64,000 nt of DNA, taken from Azolla caroliniana. Taxonomy: Eukaryota; Plantae; Polypodiophyta. Under the pieces are notes generated by a model. The model saw nothing but the letters and a program-made list of their open reading frames with translations. It ran no database searches and was not told where the DNA came from. How positions within the stretch are numbered: position 1 is the first letter of the stretch; each line of letters starts with the position of its first letter. The stretch spans positions 705-64,704 of the forward strand of contig JBHGNT010000150.1 in NCBI GenBank assembly GCA_043228905.1. The letters run 5' to 3'. The position numbers and the translations under genes are program-made. Of this stretch, positions 13,150 through 28,099 are shown in pieces.

Positions 13150-16100
13150 CTGGCTCGTGTGATATCGGAATTTTGTGTTCAAACATGCGAAACGAAGCTA
13201 ACAACGCTAGCTATGATATGAAATTAAAAGATCAAGATTTTGAAACTCAGGTCGAGAGACATGACGAAATTACCAAATTTGAATAGTGAGTTGAGCGGAG
13301 CCCTTGAGTAAATGAAAATGTTCATACCTGGTTCGTGTGATATCGGATTTTTGTGTTCAAACATGCAAAACGAAGCTAACAACGCTAGCTATGATATGGA
13401 ATTAAAAAATCAAGATTTTGAAACTCAGGTCGAGAGACATGACGAAATTAGCAAATTGGAGGAGTGAGTTGAGAAGAGCTAGTAGGTAAATGAAAATGTT
13501 CATACCTGGCTCGTGTGATATCGGACTTTTGTGTTCAACCATGCGAAACGAAGCTAACAACGCTAGCTATGATATGAAATTAAAAGATCAAGATTTTGAA
13601 ACTCAGGTCGAGAGACATGACGAAATTACCAAATTTGAGTAGTGAGTTGAGAGGAGCTCTTGAGTAAATGAAAATGTTCATACCTGGCTCGTGTGATATC
13701 GGATTTTTGTGTTCAAACATGCGAATCGAAGCGAACAACGCTAGCTATGAGATAGAATTAAAAAATCAAGATTTTGAAACTCAGGTCGAAAGACATGACG
13801 AAATTAGCAAATTTGAGTAGTGGGTTGAGGGGAGCCCTTGAGTAAATTAAAATGTTCATACTTGGTTCGTGTGATATCGGATTTTTGTGTTCAAACATGC
13901 GATTCGAAGCTAACAACGCTAGCTATGATATGGAATTAAAAAATCAAGATTTTGAAACTCAGGTCGAGAGACATGACGAAATTAGCAAATTTGAGGAGTG
14001 AGTTGAGAAGAGCTAGTAGGTAAATTAAAATGTTCATACCTGGCTCGTGTGATATCGGATTTTTGTGTTCAAACATGCGAAACGAAGCTAACAATGCTAG
14101 CTATGATATGAAATTAAAAGATCAAGATTTTGAAACTCAGGTCGAGAGACATGACGAAATTACCAAATTTGAATAGTGAGTTGAGAGGAGCCCTTGAGTA
14201 AATGAAAATGTTCATACCTGGCTCGTGTGATATCGGATTTTTGTGTTCAAACATGCGAAACGAAGCTAACAACGCTAGCTATGATATGGAATTAAAAAAT
14301 CAAGATTTTGAAACTCAGGTCGAGAGACATGACGAAATTAGCAAATTGGAGGAGTGAGTTGAGAAGAGCTAGTAGGTAAATGAAAATGTTCATACCTGGC
14401 TCGTGTGATATCGGACTTTTGTGTTCAAACATGCGAAACGAAGCTAACAACGCTAGCTATGATATGAAATTAAAAGATCAAGATTTTGAAACTCAGGTCG
14501 AGAGACATGACGAAATTACCAAATTTGAGTAGTGAGTTGAGAGGAGCTCTTGAGTAAATGAAAATGTTCATACCTGGCTCGTGTGATATCGGATTTTTGT
14601 GTTCAAACATGCGAAACGAAGCTAACAACGCTAGCTATGATATGGAATTAAAAAATTAAGATTTTGAAACTCAGGTCGAGAGACATGACGAAATTAGCAA
14701 ATTGGAGGAGTGAGTTGAGAAGAGCTAGTAGGTAAATGAAAATGTTCATACCTGGCTCGTTTGATATCGGATTTTTGTGTTCAAACATGCGAAACGAAGC
14801 TAACAACGCTAGCTATGATATGAAATTAAAAGATCAAGATTTTGAAACTCAGGTCGAGAGACATGACGAAATTACCAAATTTGAGTAGTGAGTTGAGAGG
14901 AGCTCTTGAGTAAATGAAAATGTTCATACCTGGCTCGTGTGATATCGGATTTTTGTGTTCAAACATGCGAATCGAAGCTAACAACGCTAGCTATGATATG
15001 AAATTAAAAGATCAAGATTTTGAAACTCAGGTCGAGAGACATGACGAAATTACCAAATTTGAATAGTGAGTTGAGAGGAGCCCTTGAGTAAATGAAAATG
15101 TTCATACCTGGTTCGTGTGATATCGGATTTTTGTGTTCAAACATGCAAAACGAAGCTAACAACGCTAGCTATGATATGGAATTAAAAAATCAAGATTTTG
15201 AAACTCAGGTCGAGAGACATGACGAAATTAGCAAATTGGAGGAGTGAGTTGAGAAGAGCTCTTGAGTAAATGAAAATGTTCATACCTGGCTCGTGTGATA
15301 TCGGATTTTTGTGTTCAAACATGCGAAACGAAGCTAACAACGCTAGCTATGATATGGAATTAAAAGATCAAGATTTTGAAACTCAGGTCGAGAGACATGA
15401 CGAAATTACCAAATTTGAGTAGTGAGTTGAGAGGAGCTCTTGAGTAAATGAAAATGTTCATACCTGGCTCGTGTGATATCGGAATTTTGTGTTCAAACAT
15501 GCGAAACGAAGCTAACAACGCTAGCTATGATATGAAATTAAAAGATCAAGATTTTGAAACTCAGGTCGAGAGACATGACGAAATTACCAAATTTGAATAG
15601 TGAGTTGAGCGGAGCCCTTGAGTAAATGAAAATGTTCATACCTGGTTCGTGTGATATCGGATTTTTGTGTTCAAACATGCAAAACGAAGCTAACAACGCT
15701 AGCTATGATATGGAATTAAAAAATCAAGATTTTGAAACTCAGGTCGAGAGACATGACGAAATTAGCAAATTGGAGGAGTGAGTTGAGAAGAGCTAGTAGG
15801 TAAATGAAAATGTTCATACCTGGCTCGTGTGATATCGGACTTTTGTGTTCAACCATGCGAAACGAAGCTAACAACGCTAGCTATGATATGAAATTAAAAG
15901 ATCAAGATTTTGAAACTCAGGTCGAGAGACATGACGAAATTACCAAATTTGAGTAGTGAGTTGAGAGGAGCTCTTGAGTAAATGAAAATGTTCATACCTG
16001 GCTCGTGTGATATCGGATTTTTGTGTTCAAACATGCGAATCGAAGCGAACAACGCTAGCTATGAGATAGAATTAAAAAATCAAGATTTTGAAACTCAGGT

Positions 16101-17780
16101 CGAAAGACATGACGAAATTAGCAAATTTGAGTAGTGAGTTGAGGGGAGCCCTTGAGTAAATTAAAATGTTCATACTTGGTTCGTGTGATATCGGATTTTT
16201 GTGTTCAAACATGCGATTCGAAGCTAACAACGCTAGCTATGATATGGAATTAAAAAATCAAGATTTTGAAACTCAGGTCGAGAGACATGACGAAATTAGC
16301 AAATTTGAGGAGTGAGTTGAGAAGAGCTAGTAGGTAAATTAAAATGTTCATACCTGGCTCGTGTGATATCGGATTTTTGTGTTCAAACATGCGAAACGAA
16401 GCTAACAATGCTAGCTATGATATGAAATTAAAAGATCAAGATTTTGAAACTCAGGTCGAGAGACATGACGAAATTACCAAATTTGAATAGTGAGTTGAGA
16501 GGAGCCCTTGAGTAAATGAAAATGTTCATACCTGGCTCGTGTGATATCGGATTTTTGTGTTCAAACATGCGAAACGAAGCTAACAACGCTAGCTATGATA
16601 TGGAATTAAAAAATCAAGATTTTGAAACTCAGGTCGAGAGACATGACGAAATTAGCAAATTGGAGGAGTGAGTTGAGAAGAGCTAGTAGGTAAATGAAAA
16701 TGTTCATACCTGGCTCGTGTGATATCGGACTTTTGTGTTCAAACATGCGAAACGAAGCTAACAACGCTAGCTATGATATGAAATTAAAAGATCAAGATTT
16801 TGAAACTCAGGTCGAGAGACATGACGAAATTACCAAATTTGAGTAGTGAGTTGAGAGGAGCTCTTGAGTAAATGAAAATGTTCATACCTGGCTCGTGTGA
16901 TATCGGATTTTTGTGTTCAAACATGCGAAACGAAGCTAACAACGCTAGCTATGATATGGAATTAAAAAATTAAGATTTTGAAACTCAGGTCGAGAGACAT
17001 GACGAAATTAGCAAATTGGAGGAGTGAGTTGAGAAGAGCTAGTAGGTAAATGAAAATGTTCATACCTGGCTCGTTTGATATCGGATTTTTGTGTTCAAAC
17101 ATGCGAAACGAAGCTAACAACGCTAGCTATGATATGAAATTAAAAGATCAAGATTTTGAAACTCAGGTCGAGAGACATGACGAAATTACCAAATTTGAGT
17201 AGTGAGTTGAGAGGAGCTCTTGAGTAAATGAAAATGTTCATACCTGGCTCGTGTGATATCGGATTTTTGTGTTCAAACATGCGAATCGAAGCTAACAACG
17301 CTAGCTATGATATGAAATTAAAAGATCAAGATTTTGAAACTCAGGTCGAGAGACATGACGAAATTACCAAATTTGAATAGTGAGTTGAGAGGAGCCCTTG
17401 AGTAAATGAAAATGTTCATACCTGGTTCGTGTGATATCGGATTTTTGTGTTCAAACATGCAAAACGAAGCTAACAACGCTAGCTATGATATGGAATTAAA
17501 AAATCAAGATTTTGAAACTCAGGTCGAGAGACATGACGAAATTAGCAAATTGGAGGAGTGAGTTGAGAAGAGCTCTTGAGTAAATGAAAATGTTCATACC
17601 TGGCTCGTGTGATATCGGATTTTTGTGTTCAAACATGCGAAACGAAGCTAACAACGCTAGCTATGATATGGAATTAAAAGATCAAGATTTTGAAACTCAG
17701 GTCGAGAGACATGACGAAATTACCAAATTTGAGTAGTGAGTTGAGAGGAGCTCTTGAGTAAATGAAAATGTTCATACCTG
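13150..17780. repeat. Tandem duplication of a 13-monomer block (2314 bp x2)
   Basis: Markers at a 2314 offset: TTGAGCGGAG 13291/15605, ACATGCAAAA 13361/15675, ACAATGCTAG 14091/16405, and the chimeric AGAAGAGCTCTTGAG near 15255/17570. Confidence 0.88.
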
Positions 17781-20700
17781 GCTCGTGTGATATCGGATTT
17801 TTGTGTTCAAACCTGCGAATCGAAGCGAACAACGCTAGCTATGAGATAGAATTAAAAAATCAAGATTTTGAAACTCAGGTCGAAAGACATGACGAAATTA
17901 GCAAATTTGAGTAGTGAGTTGAGGGGAGCCCTTGAGTAAATTAAAATGTTCATACTTGGTTCGTGTGATATCGGATTTTTGTGTTCAAACATGCGATTCG
18001 AAGCTAACAACGCTAGCTATGATATGGAATTAAAAAATCAAGATTTTGAAACTCAGGTCGAGAGACATGACGAAATTAGCAAATTTGAGGAGTGAGTTGA
18101 GAAGAGCTAGTAGGTAAATTAAAATGTTCATACCTGGCTCGTGTGATATCGGAATTTTGTGTTCAAACATGCGAAACGAAGCTAACAACGCTAGCTATGA
18201 TATGAAATTAAAAGATCAAGATTTTGAAACTCAGGTCGAGAGATATGACGAAATTACCAAATTTGAATAGTGAGTTGAGAGGAGCCCTTGAGTAAATGAA
18301 AATGTTCATACTTGGCTCGTGTGATATCGGATTTTTGTGTTCAAACATGCGAAACGAAGCTAACAACGCTAGCTATGATATGGAATTAAAAAATTAAGAT
18401 TTTGAAACTCAGGTCGAGAGACATGACGAAATTAGCAAATTGGAGGAGTGAGTTGAGAAGAGCTAGTAGGTAAATGAAAATGTTCATACCTGGCTCGTTT
18501 GATATCGGATTTTTGTGTTCAAACATGCGAAACGAAGCTAACAACGCTAGCTATGATATGAAATTAAAAGATCAAGATTTTGAAACTCAGGTCGAGAGAC
18601 ATGACGAAATTACCAAATTTGAGTAGTGAGTTGAGAGGAGCTCTTGAGTAAATGAAAATGTTCATACCTGGCTCGTGTGATATCGGATTTTTGTGTTCAA
18701 ACATGCGAATCGAAGCTAACAACGCTAGCTATGATATGAAATTAAAAGATCAAGATTTTGAAACTCAGGTCGAGAGACATGACGAAATTACCAAATTTGA
18801 ATAGTGAGTTGAGAGGAGCCCTTGAGTAAATGAAAATGTTCATACCTGGCTCGTGTGATATCGGATTTTTGTGTTCAAACATGCGAAACGAAGCTAACAA
18901 CGCTAGCTATGATATGGAATTAAAAAATCAAGATTTTGAAACTCAGGTCGAGAGACATGACGAAATTAGCAAATTGGAGGAGTGAGTTGAGAAGAGCTAG
19001 TAGGTAAATGAAAATGTTCATACCTGGCTCGTGTGATATCGGACTTTTGTGTTCAAACATGCGAAACGAAGCTAACAACGCTAGCTATGATATGAAATTA
19101 AAAGATCAAGATTTTGAAACTCAGGTCGAGAGACATGACGAAATTACCAAATTTGAGTAGTGAGTTGAGAGGAGCTCTTGAGTAAATGAAAATGTTCATA
19201 CCTGGCTCGTGTGATATCGGATTTTTGTGTTCAAACATGCGAATCGAAGCGAACAACGCTAGCTATGAGATAGAATTAAAAAATCAAGATTTTGAAACTC
19301 AGGTCGAAAGACATGACGAAATTAGCAAATTTGAGTAGTGAGTTGAGGGGAGCCCTTGAGTAAATTAAAATGTTCATACTTGGTTCGTGTGATATCGGAT
19401 TTTTGTGTTCAAACATGCGATTCGAAGCTAACAACGCTAGCTATGATATGGAATTAAAAAATCAAGATTTTGAAACTCAGGTCGAGAGACATGACGAAAT
19501 TAGCAAATTTGAGGAGTGAGTTGAGAAGAGCTAGTAGGTAAATTAAAATGTTCATACCTGGCTCGTGTGATATCGGATTTTTGTGTTCAAACATGCGATT
19601 CGAAGCTAACAACGCTAGCTATGATATGGAATTAAAAAATCAAGATTTTGAAACTCAGGTCGAGAGACATGACGAAATTAGCAAATTGGAGGAGTGAGTT
19701 GAGAAGAGCTAGTAGGTAAATGAAAATGTTCATACCTGGCTCGTGTGATATCGGACTTTTGTGTTCAAACATGCGAAACGAAGCTAACAACGCTAGCTAT
19801 GATATGAAATTAAAAGATCAAGATTTTGAAACTCAGGTCGAGAGACATGACGAAATTACCAAATTTGAGTAGTGAGTTGAGAGGAGCTCTTGAGTAAATG
19901 AAAATGTTCATACCTGGCTCGTGTGATATCGGATTTTTGTGTTCAAACATGCGAATCGAAGCTAACAACGCTAGCTATGATATGAAATTAAAAGATCAAG
20001 ATTTTGAAACTCAGGTCGAGAGACATGACGAAATTAGCAAATTGGAGGAGTGAGTTGAGAAGAGCTAGTAGGTAAATGAAAATGTTCATACCTGGCTCGT
20101 GTGATATCGGACTTTTGTGTTCAACCATGCGAAACGAAGCTAACAACGCTAGCTATGATATGAAATTAAAAGATCAAGATTTTGAAACTCAGGTCGAGAG
20201 ACATGACGAAATTACCAAATTTGAGTAGTGAGTTGAGAGGAGCTCTTGAGTAAATGAAAATGTTCATACCTGGCTCGTGTGATATCGGATTTTTGTGTTC
20301 AAACATGCGAATCGAAGCGAACAACGCTAGCTATGAGATAGAATTAAAAAATCAAGATTTTGAAACTCAGGTCGAAAGACATGACGAAATTAGCAAATTT
20401 GAGTAGTGAGTTGAGGGGAGCCCTTGAGTAAATTAAAATGTTCATACTTGGTTCGTGTGATATCGGATTTTTGTGTTCAAACATGCGATTCGAAGCTAAC
20501 AACGCTAGCTATGATATGGAATTAAAAAATCAAGATTTTGAAACTCAGGTCGAGAGACATGACGAAATTAGCAAATTTGAGGAGTGAGTTGAGAAGAGCT
20601 AGTAGGTAAATTAAAATGTTCATACCTGGCTCGTGTGATATCGGATTTTTGTGTTCAAACATGCGAAACGAAGCTAACAACGCTAGCTATGATATGAAAT

Positions 20701-23700
20701 TAAAAGATCAAGATTTTGAAACTCAGGTCGAGAGACATGACGAAATTACCAAATTTGAGTAGTGAGTTGAGAGGAGCTCTTGAGTAAATGAAAATGTTCA
20801 TACCTGGCTCGTGTGATATCGGATTTTTGTGTTCAAACATGCGAATCGAAGCGAACAACGCTAGCTATGAGATAGAATTAAAAAATCAAGATTTTGAAAC
20901 TCAGGTCGAAAGACATGACGAAATTAGCAAATTTGAGTAGTGAGTTGAGGGGAGCCCTTGAGTAAATTAAAATGTTCATACTTGGTTCGTGTGATATCGG
21001 ATTTTTGTGTTCAAACATGCGATTCGAAGCTAACAACGCTAGCTATGATATGGAATTAAAAAATCAAGATTTTGAAACTCAGGTCGAGAGACATGACGAA
21101 ATTAGCAAATTTGAGGAGTGAGTTGAGAAGAGCTAGTAGGTAAATTAAAATGTTCATACCTGGCTCGTGTGATATCGGATTTTTGTGTTCAAACATGCGA
21201 TTCGAAGCTAACAACGCTAGCTATGATATGGAATTAAAAAATCAAGATTTTGAAACTCAGGTCGAGAGACATGACGAAATTAGCAAATTGGAGGAGTGAG
21301 TTGAGAAGAGCTAGTAGGTAAATGAAAATGTTCATACCTGGCTCGTGTGATATCGGACTTTTGTGTTCAAACATGCGAAACGAAGCTAACAACGCTAGCT
21401 ATGATATGAAATTAAAAGATCAAGATTTTGAAACTCAGGTCGAGAGACATGACGAAATTACCAAATTTGAGTAGTGAGTTGAGAGGAGCTCTTGAGTAAA
21501 TGAAAATGTTCATACCTGGCTCGTGTGATATCGGATTTTTGTGTTCAAACATGCGAATCGAAGCTAACAACGCTAGCTATGATATGAAATTAAAAGATCA
21601 AGATTTTGAAACTCAGGTCGAGAGACATGACGAAATTAGCAAATTTGAATAGTGAGTTGAGGGGAGCCCTTGAGTAAATGAAAATGTTCATACCTGGCTC
21701 GTGTGATATCGGATTTTTGTGTTCAAACATGCGAAACGAAGCTAACAACGCTAGCTATGATATGGAATTAAAAAATCAAGATTTTGAAACTCAGGTCGAG
21801 AGACATGACGAAATTACCAAATTTGAATAGTGAGTTGAGAGGAGCCCTTGAGTAAATGAAAATGTTCATACCTGGTTCGTGTGATATCGGATTTTTGTGT
21901 TCAAACATGCGAAACGAAGCTAACAACGCTAGCTATGATATGGAATTAAAAAATCAAGATTTTGAAACTCAGGTCGAGAGACATGACGAAATTAGCAAAT
22001 TGGAGGAGTGAGTTGAGAAGAGCTAGTAGGTAAATGAAAATGTTCATACCTGGCTCGTGTGATATCGGACTTTTGTGTTCAACCATGCGAAACGAAGCTA
22101 ACAACGCTAGCTATGATATGAAATTAAAAGATCAAGATTTTGAAACTCAGGTCGAGAGACATGACGAAATTACCAAATTTGAGTAGTGAGTTGAGAGGAG
22201 CTCTTGAGTAAATGAAAATGTTCATACCTGGCTCGTGTGATATCGGATTTTTGTGTTCAAACATGCGAATCGAAGCGAACAACGCTAGCTATGAGATAGA
22301 ATTAAAAAATCAAGATTTTGAAACTCAGGTCGAAAGACATGACGAAATTAGCAAATTTGAGTAGTGAGTTGAGGGGAGCCCTTGAGTAAATTAAAATGTT
22401 CATACTTGGTTCGTGTGATATCGGATTTTTGTGTTCAAACATGCGATTCGAAGCTAACAACGCTAGCTATGATATGGAATTAAAAAATCAAGATTTTGAA
22501 ACTCAGGTCGAGAGACATGACGAAATTAGCAAATTTGAGGAGTGAGTTGAGAAGAGCTAGTAGGTAAATTAAAATGTTCATACCTGGCTCGTGTGATATC
22601 GGATTTTTGTGTTCAAACATGCGAAACGAAGCTAACAACGCTAGCTATGATATGAAATTAAAAGATCAAGATTTTGAAACTCAGGTCGAGAGACATGACG
22701 AAATTACCAAATTTGAGTAGTGAGTTGAGAGGAGCTCTTGAGTAAATGAAAATGTTCATACCTGGCTCGTGTGATATCGGATTTTTGTGTTCAAACATGC
22801 GAATCGAAGCTAACAACGCTAGCTATGATATGAAATTAAAAGATCAAGATTTTGAAACTCAGGTCGAGAGACATGACGAAATTAACAAATTTGAATAGTG
22901 AGTTGAGGGGAGCCCTTGAGTAAATGAAAATGTTCATACCTGGCTCGTGTGATATCGGATTTTTGTGTTCAAACATGCGAAACGAAGCTAACAACGCTAG
23001 CTATGATATGGAATTAAAAAATCAAGATTTTGAAACTCAGGTCGAGAGACATGACGAAATTAGCAAATTTGAGGAGTGAGTTGAGAGGAGCCCTTGAGTA
23101 AATGAAAATGTTCATACCTGGCTCGTGTGATATCGGATTTTTGTGTTCAAACATGCGAAACGAAGCTAACAACGCTAGCTATGATATGGAATTAAAAAAT
23201 CAAGATTTTGAAACTCAGGTCGAGAGACATGACGAAATTAGCAAATTGGAGGAGTGAGTTGAGAAGAGCTAGTAGGTAAATGAAAATGTTCATACCTGGC
23301 TCGTGTGATATCGGACTTTTGTGTTCAACCATGCGAAACGAAGCTAACAACGCTAGCTATGATATGAAATTAAAAGATCAAGATTTTGAAACTCAGGTCG
23401 AGAGACATGACGAAATTACCAAATTTGAGTAGTGAGTTGAGAGGAGCTCTTGAGTAAATGAAAATGTTCATACCTGGCTCGTGTGATATCGGATTTTTGT
23501 GTTCAAACATGCGAATCGAAGCGAACAACGCTAGCTATGAGATAGAATTAAAAAATCAAGATTTTGAAACTCAGGTCGAAAGACATGACGAAATTAGCAA
23601 ATTTGAGTAGTGAGTTGAGGGGAGCCCTTGAGTAAATTAAAATGTTCATACTTGGTTCGTGTGATATCGGATTTTTGTGTTCAAACATGCGATTCGAAGC

Positions 23701-26700
23701 TAACAACGCTAGCTATGATATGGAATTAAAAAATCAAGATTTTGAAACTCAGGTCGAGAGACATGACGAAATTAGCAAATTTGAGGAGTGAGTTGAGAAG
23801 AGCTAGTAGGTAAATGAAAATGTTCATACCTGGCTCGTGTGATATCGGATTTTTGTGTTCAAACATGCGAAACGAAGCTAACAACGCTAGCTATGATATG
23901 AAATTAAAAGATCAAGATTTTGAAACTCAGGTCGAGAGACATGACGAAATTACCAAATTTGAGTAGTGAGTTGAGAGGAGCTCTTGAGTAAATGAAAATG
24001 TTCATACCTGGCTCGTGTGATATCGGATTTTTGTGTTCAAACATGCGAATCGAAGCTAACAACGCTAGCTATGATATGAAATTAAAAGATCAAGATTTTG
24101 AAACTCAGGTCAAGAGACATGACGAAATTACCAAATTTGAATAGTGAGTTGAGGGGAGCCCTTGAGTAAATGAAAATGTTCATACCTGGCTCGTGTGATA
24201 TCGGATTTTTGTGTTCAAACATGCGAAACGAAGCTAACAACGCTAGCTATGATATGGAATTAAAAAATCAAGATTTTGAAACTCAGGTCGAGAGACATGA
24301 CGAAATTACCAAATTTGAATAGTGAGTTGAGAGGAGCCCTTGAGTAAATGAAAATGTTCATACCTGGTTCGTGTGATATCGGATTTTTGTGTTCAAACAT
24401 GCGAAACGAAGCTAACAACGCTAGCTATGATATGGAATTAAAAAATCAAGATTTTGAAACTCAGGTCGAGAGACATGACGAAATTAGCAAATTGGAGGAG
24501 TGAGTTGAGAAGAGCTAGTAGGTAAATGAAAATGTTCATACCTGGCTCGTGTGATATCGGACTTTTGTGTTCAACCATGCGAAACGAAGCTAACAACGCT
24601 AGCTATGATATGAAATTAAAAGATCAAGATTTTGAAACTCAGGTCGAGAGACATGACAAAATTACCAAATTTGAGTAGTGAGTTGAGAGGAGCTCTTGAG
24701 TAAATGAAAATGTTCATACCTGGCTCGTGTGATATCGGATTTTTGTGTTCAAACATGCGAATCGAAGCGAACAACGCTAGCTATGAGATAGAATTAAAAA
24801 ATCAAGATTTTGAAACTCAGGTCGAAAGACATGACGAAATTAGCAAATTTGAGTAGTGAGTTGAGGGGAGCCCTTGAGTAAATTAAAATGTTCATACTTG
24901 GTTCGTGTGATATCGGATTTTTGTGTTCAAACATGCGATTCGAAGCTAACAACGCTAGCTATGATATGGAATTAAAAAATCAAGATTTTGAAACTCAGGT
25001 CGAGAGACATGACGAAATTAGCAAATTTGAGGAGTGAGTTGAGAAGAGCTAGTAGGTAAATTAAAATGTTCATACCTGGCTCGTGTGATATCGGATTTTT
25101 GTGTTCAAACATGCGAAACGAAGCTAACAACGCTAGCTATGATATGAAATTAAAAGATCAAGATTTTGAAACTCAGGTCGAGAGACATGACGAAATTACC
25201 AAATTTGAATAGTGAGTTGAGAGGAGCCCTTGAGTAAATGAAAATGTTCATACCTGGCTCGTGTGATATCGGATTTTTGTGTTCAAACATGCGAAACGAA
25301 GCTAACAACGCTAGCTATGATATGGAATTAAAAAATCAAGATTTTGAAACTCAGGTCGACAGACATGACGAAATTAGCAAATTGGAGGAGTGAGTTGAGA
25401 AGAGCTAGTAGGTAAATGAAAATGTTCATACCTGGCTCGTGTGATATCGGACTTTTGTGTTCAAACATGCGAAACGAAGCTAACAACGCTAGCTATGATA
25501 TGAAATTAAAAGATCAAGATTTTGAAACTCAGGTCGAGAGACATGACGAAATTACCAAATTTGAGTAGTGAGTTGAGAGGAGCTCTTGAGTAAATGAAAA
25601 TGTTCATACCTGGCTCGTGTGATATCGGATTTTTGTGTTCAAACATGCGAAACGAAGCTAACAACGCTAGCTATGATATGGAATTAAAAAATCAAGATTT
25701 TGAAACTCAGGTCGAGAGACATGACGAAATTAGCAAATTGGAGGAGTGAGTTTAGAAGAGCTAGTAGGTAAATGAAAATGTTCATACCTGGCTCGTGTGA
25801 TATCGGATTTTTGTGTTCAAACATGCGAAACGAAGCTAACAACGCTAGCTATGATATGAAATTAAAAGATCAAGATTTTGAAACTCAGGTCGAGAGACAT
25901 GACGAAATTACCAAATTTGAGTAGTGAGTTGAGAGGAGCCCTTGAGTAAATGAAAATGTTCATACCTGGCTCGTGTGATATCGGATTTTTGTGTTCAAAC
26001 ATGCGAATCGAAGCTAACAACGCTAGCTATGATATGAAATTAAAAGATCAAGATTTTGAAACTCAGGTCGAGAGACATGACGAAATTAGCAAATTGGAGG
26101 AGTGAGTTGAGAAGAGCTAGTAGGTAAATGAAAATGTTCATACCTGGCTCGTGTGATATCGGACTTTTGTGTTCAAACATGCGAAACGAAGCTAACAACG
26201 CTAGCTATGATATGAAATTAAAAGATCAAGATTTTGAAACTCAGGTCGAGAGACATGACGAAATTACCAAATTTGAGTAGTGAGTTGAGAGGAGCTCTTG
26301 AGTAAATGAAAATGTTCATACCTGGCTCGTGTGATATCGGATTTTTGTGTTCAAACATGCGAAACGAAGCTAACAACGCTAGCTATGATATGGAATTAAA
26401 AGATCAAGATTTTGAAACTCAGGTCGAGAGACATGACGAAATTACCAAATTTGAGTAGTGAGTTGAGAGGAGCTCTTGAGTAAATGAAAATGTTCATACC
26501 TGGCTCGTGTGATATCGGATTTTTGTGTTCAAACATGCGAATCGAAGCGAACAACGCTAGCTATGAGATAGAATTAAAAAATCAAGATTTTGAAACTCAG
26601 GTCGAAAGACATGACGAAATTAGCAAATTTGAGTAGTGAGTTGAGGGGAGCCCTTGAGTAAATTAAAATGTTCATACTTGGTTCGTGTGATATCGGATTT

Positions 26701-28099
26701 TTGTGTTCAAACATGCGATTCGAAGCTAACAACGCTAGCTATGATATGGAATTAAAAAATCAAGATTTTGAAACTCAGGTCGAGAGACATGACGAAATTA
26801 GCAAATTTGAGGAGTGAGTTGAGAAGAGCTAGTAGGTAAATTAAAATGTTCATACCTGGCTCGTGTGATATCGGAATTTTGTGTTCAAACATGCGAAACG
26901 AAGCTAACAACGCTAGCTATGATATGAAATTAAAAGATCAAGATTTTGAAACTCAGGTCGAGAGATATGACGAAATTACCAAATTTGAATAGTGAGTTGA
27001 GAGGAGCCCTTGAGTAAATGAAAATGTTCATACTTGGCTCGTGTGATATCGGATTTTTGTGTTCAAACATGCGAAACGAAGCTAACAACGCTAGCTATGA
27101 TATGGAATTAAAAAATTAAGATTTTGAAACTCAGGTCGAGAGACATGACGAAATTAGCAAATTGGAGGAGTGAGTTGAGAAGAGCTAGTAGGTAAATGAA
27201 AATGTTCATACCTGGCTCGTTTGATATCGGATTTTTGTGTTCAAACATGCGAAACGAAGCTAACAACGCTAGCTATGATATGAAATTAAAAGATCAAGAT
27301 TTTGAAACTCAGGTCGAGAGACATGACGAAATTACCAAATTTGAGTAGTGAGTTGAGAGGAGCTCTTGAGTAAATGAAAATGTTCATACCTGGCTCGTGT
27401 GATATCGGATTTTTGTGTTCAAACATGCGAATCGAAGCTAACAACGCTAGCTATGATATGAAATTAAAAGATCAAGATTTTGAAACTCAGGTCGAGAGAC
27501 ATGACGAAATTACCAAATTTGAATAGTGAGTTGAGAGGAGCCCTTGAGTAAATGAAAATGTTCATACCTGGCTCGTGTGATATCGGATTTTTGTGTTCAA
27601 ACATGCGAAACGAAGCTAACAACGCTAGCTATGATATGGAATTAAAAAATCAAGATTTTGAAACTCAGGTCGAGAGACATGACGAAATTAGCAAATTTGA
27701 GGAGTGAGTTGAGAAGAGCTAGTAGGTAAATTAAAATGTTCATACCTGGCTCGTGTGATATCGGATTTTTGTGTTCAAACATGCGATTCGAAGCTAACAA
27801 CGCTAGCTATGATATGGAATTAAAAAATCAAGATTTTGAAACTCAGGTCGAGAGACATGACGAAATTAGCAAATTGGAGGAGTGAGTTGAAAAGAGCTAG
27901 TAGGTAAATGAAAATGTTCATACCTGGCTCGTGTGATATCGGACTTTTGTGTTCAAACATGCGAAACGAAACTAACAACGCTAGCTATGATATGAAATTA
28001 AAAGATCAAGATTTTGAAACTCAGGTCGAGAGACATGACGAAATTACCAAATTTGAGTAGTGAGTTGAGAGGAGCTCTTGAGTAAATGAAAATGTTCAT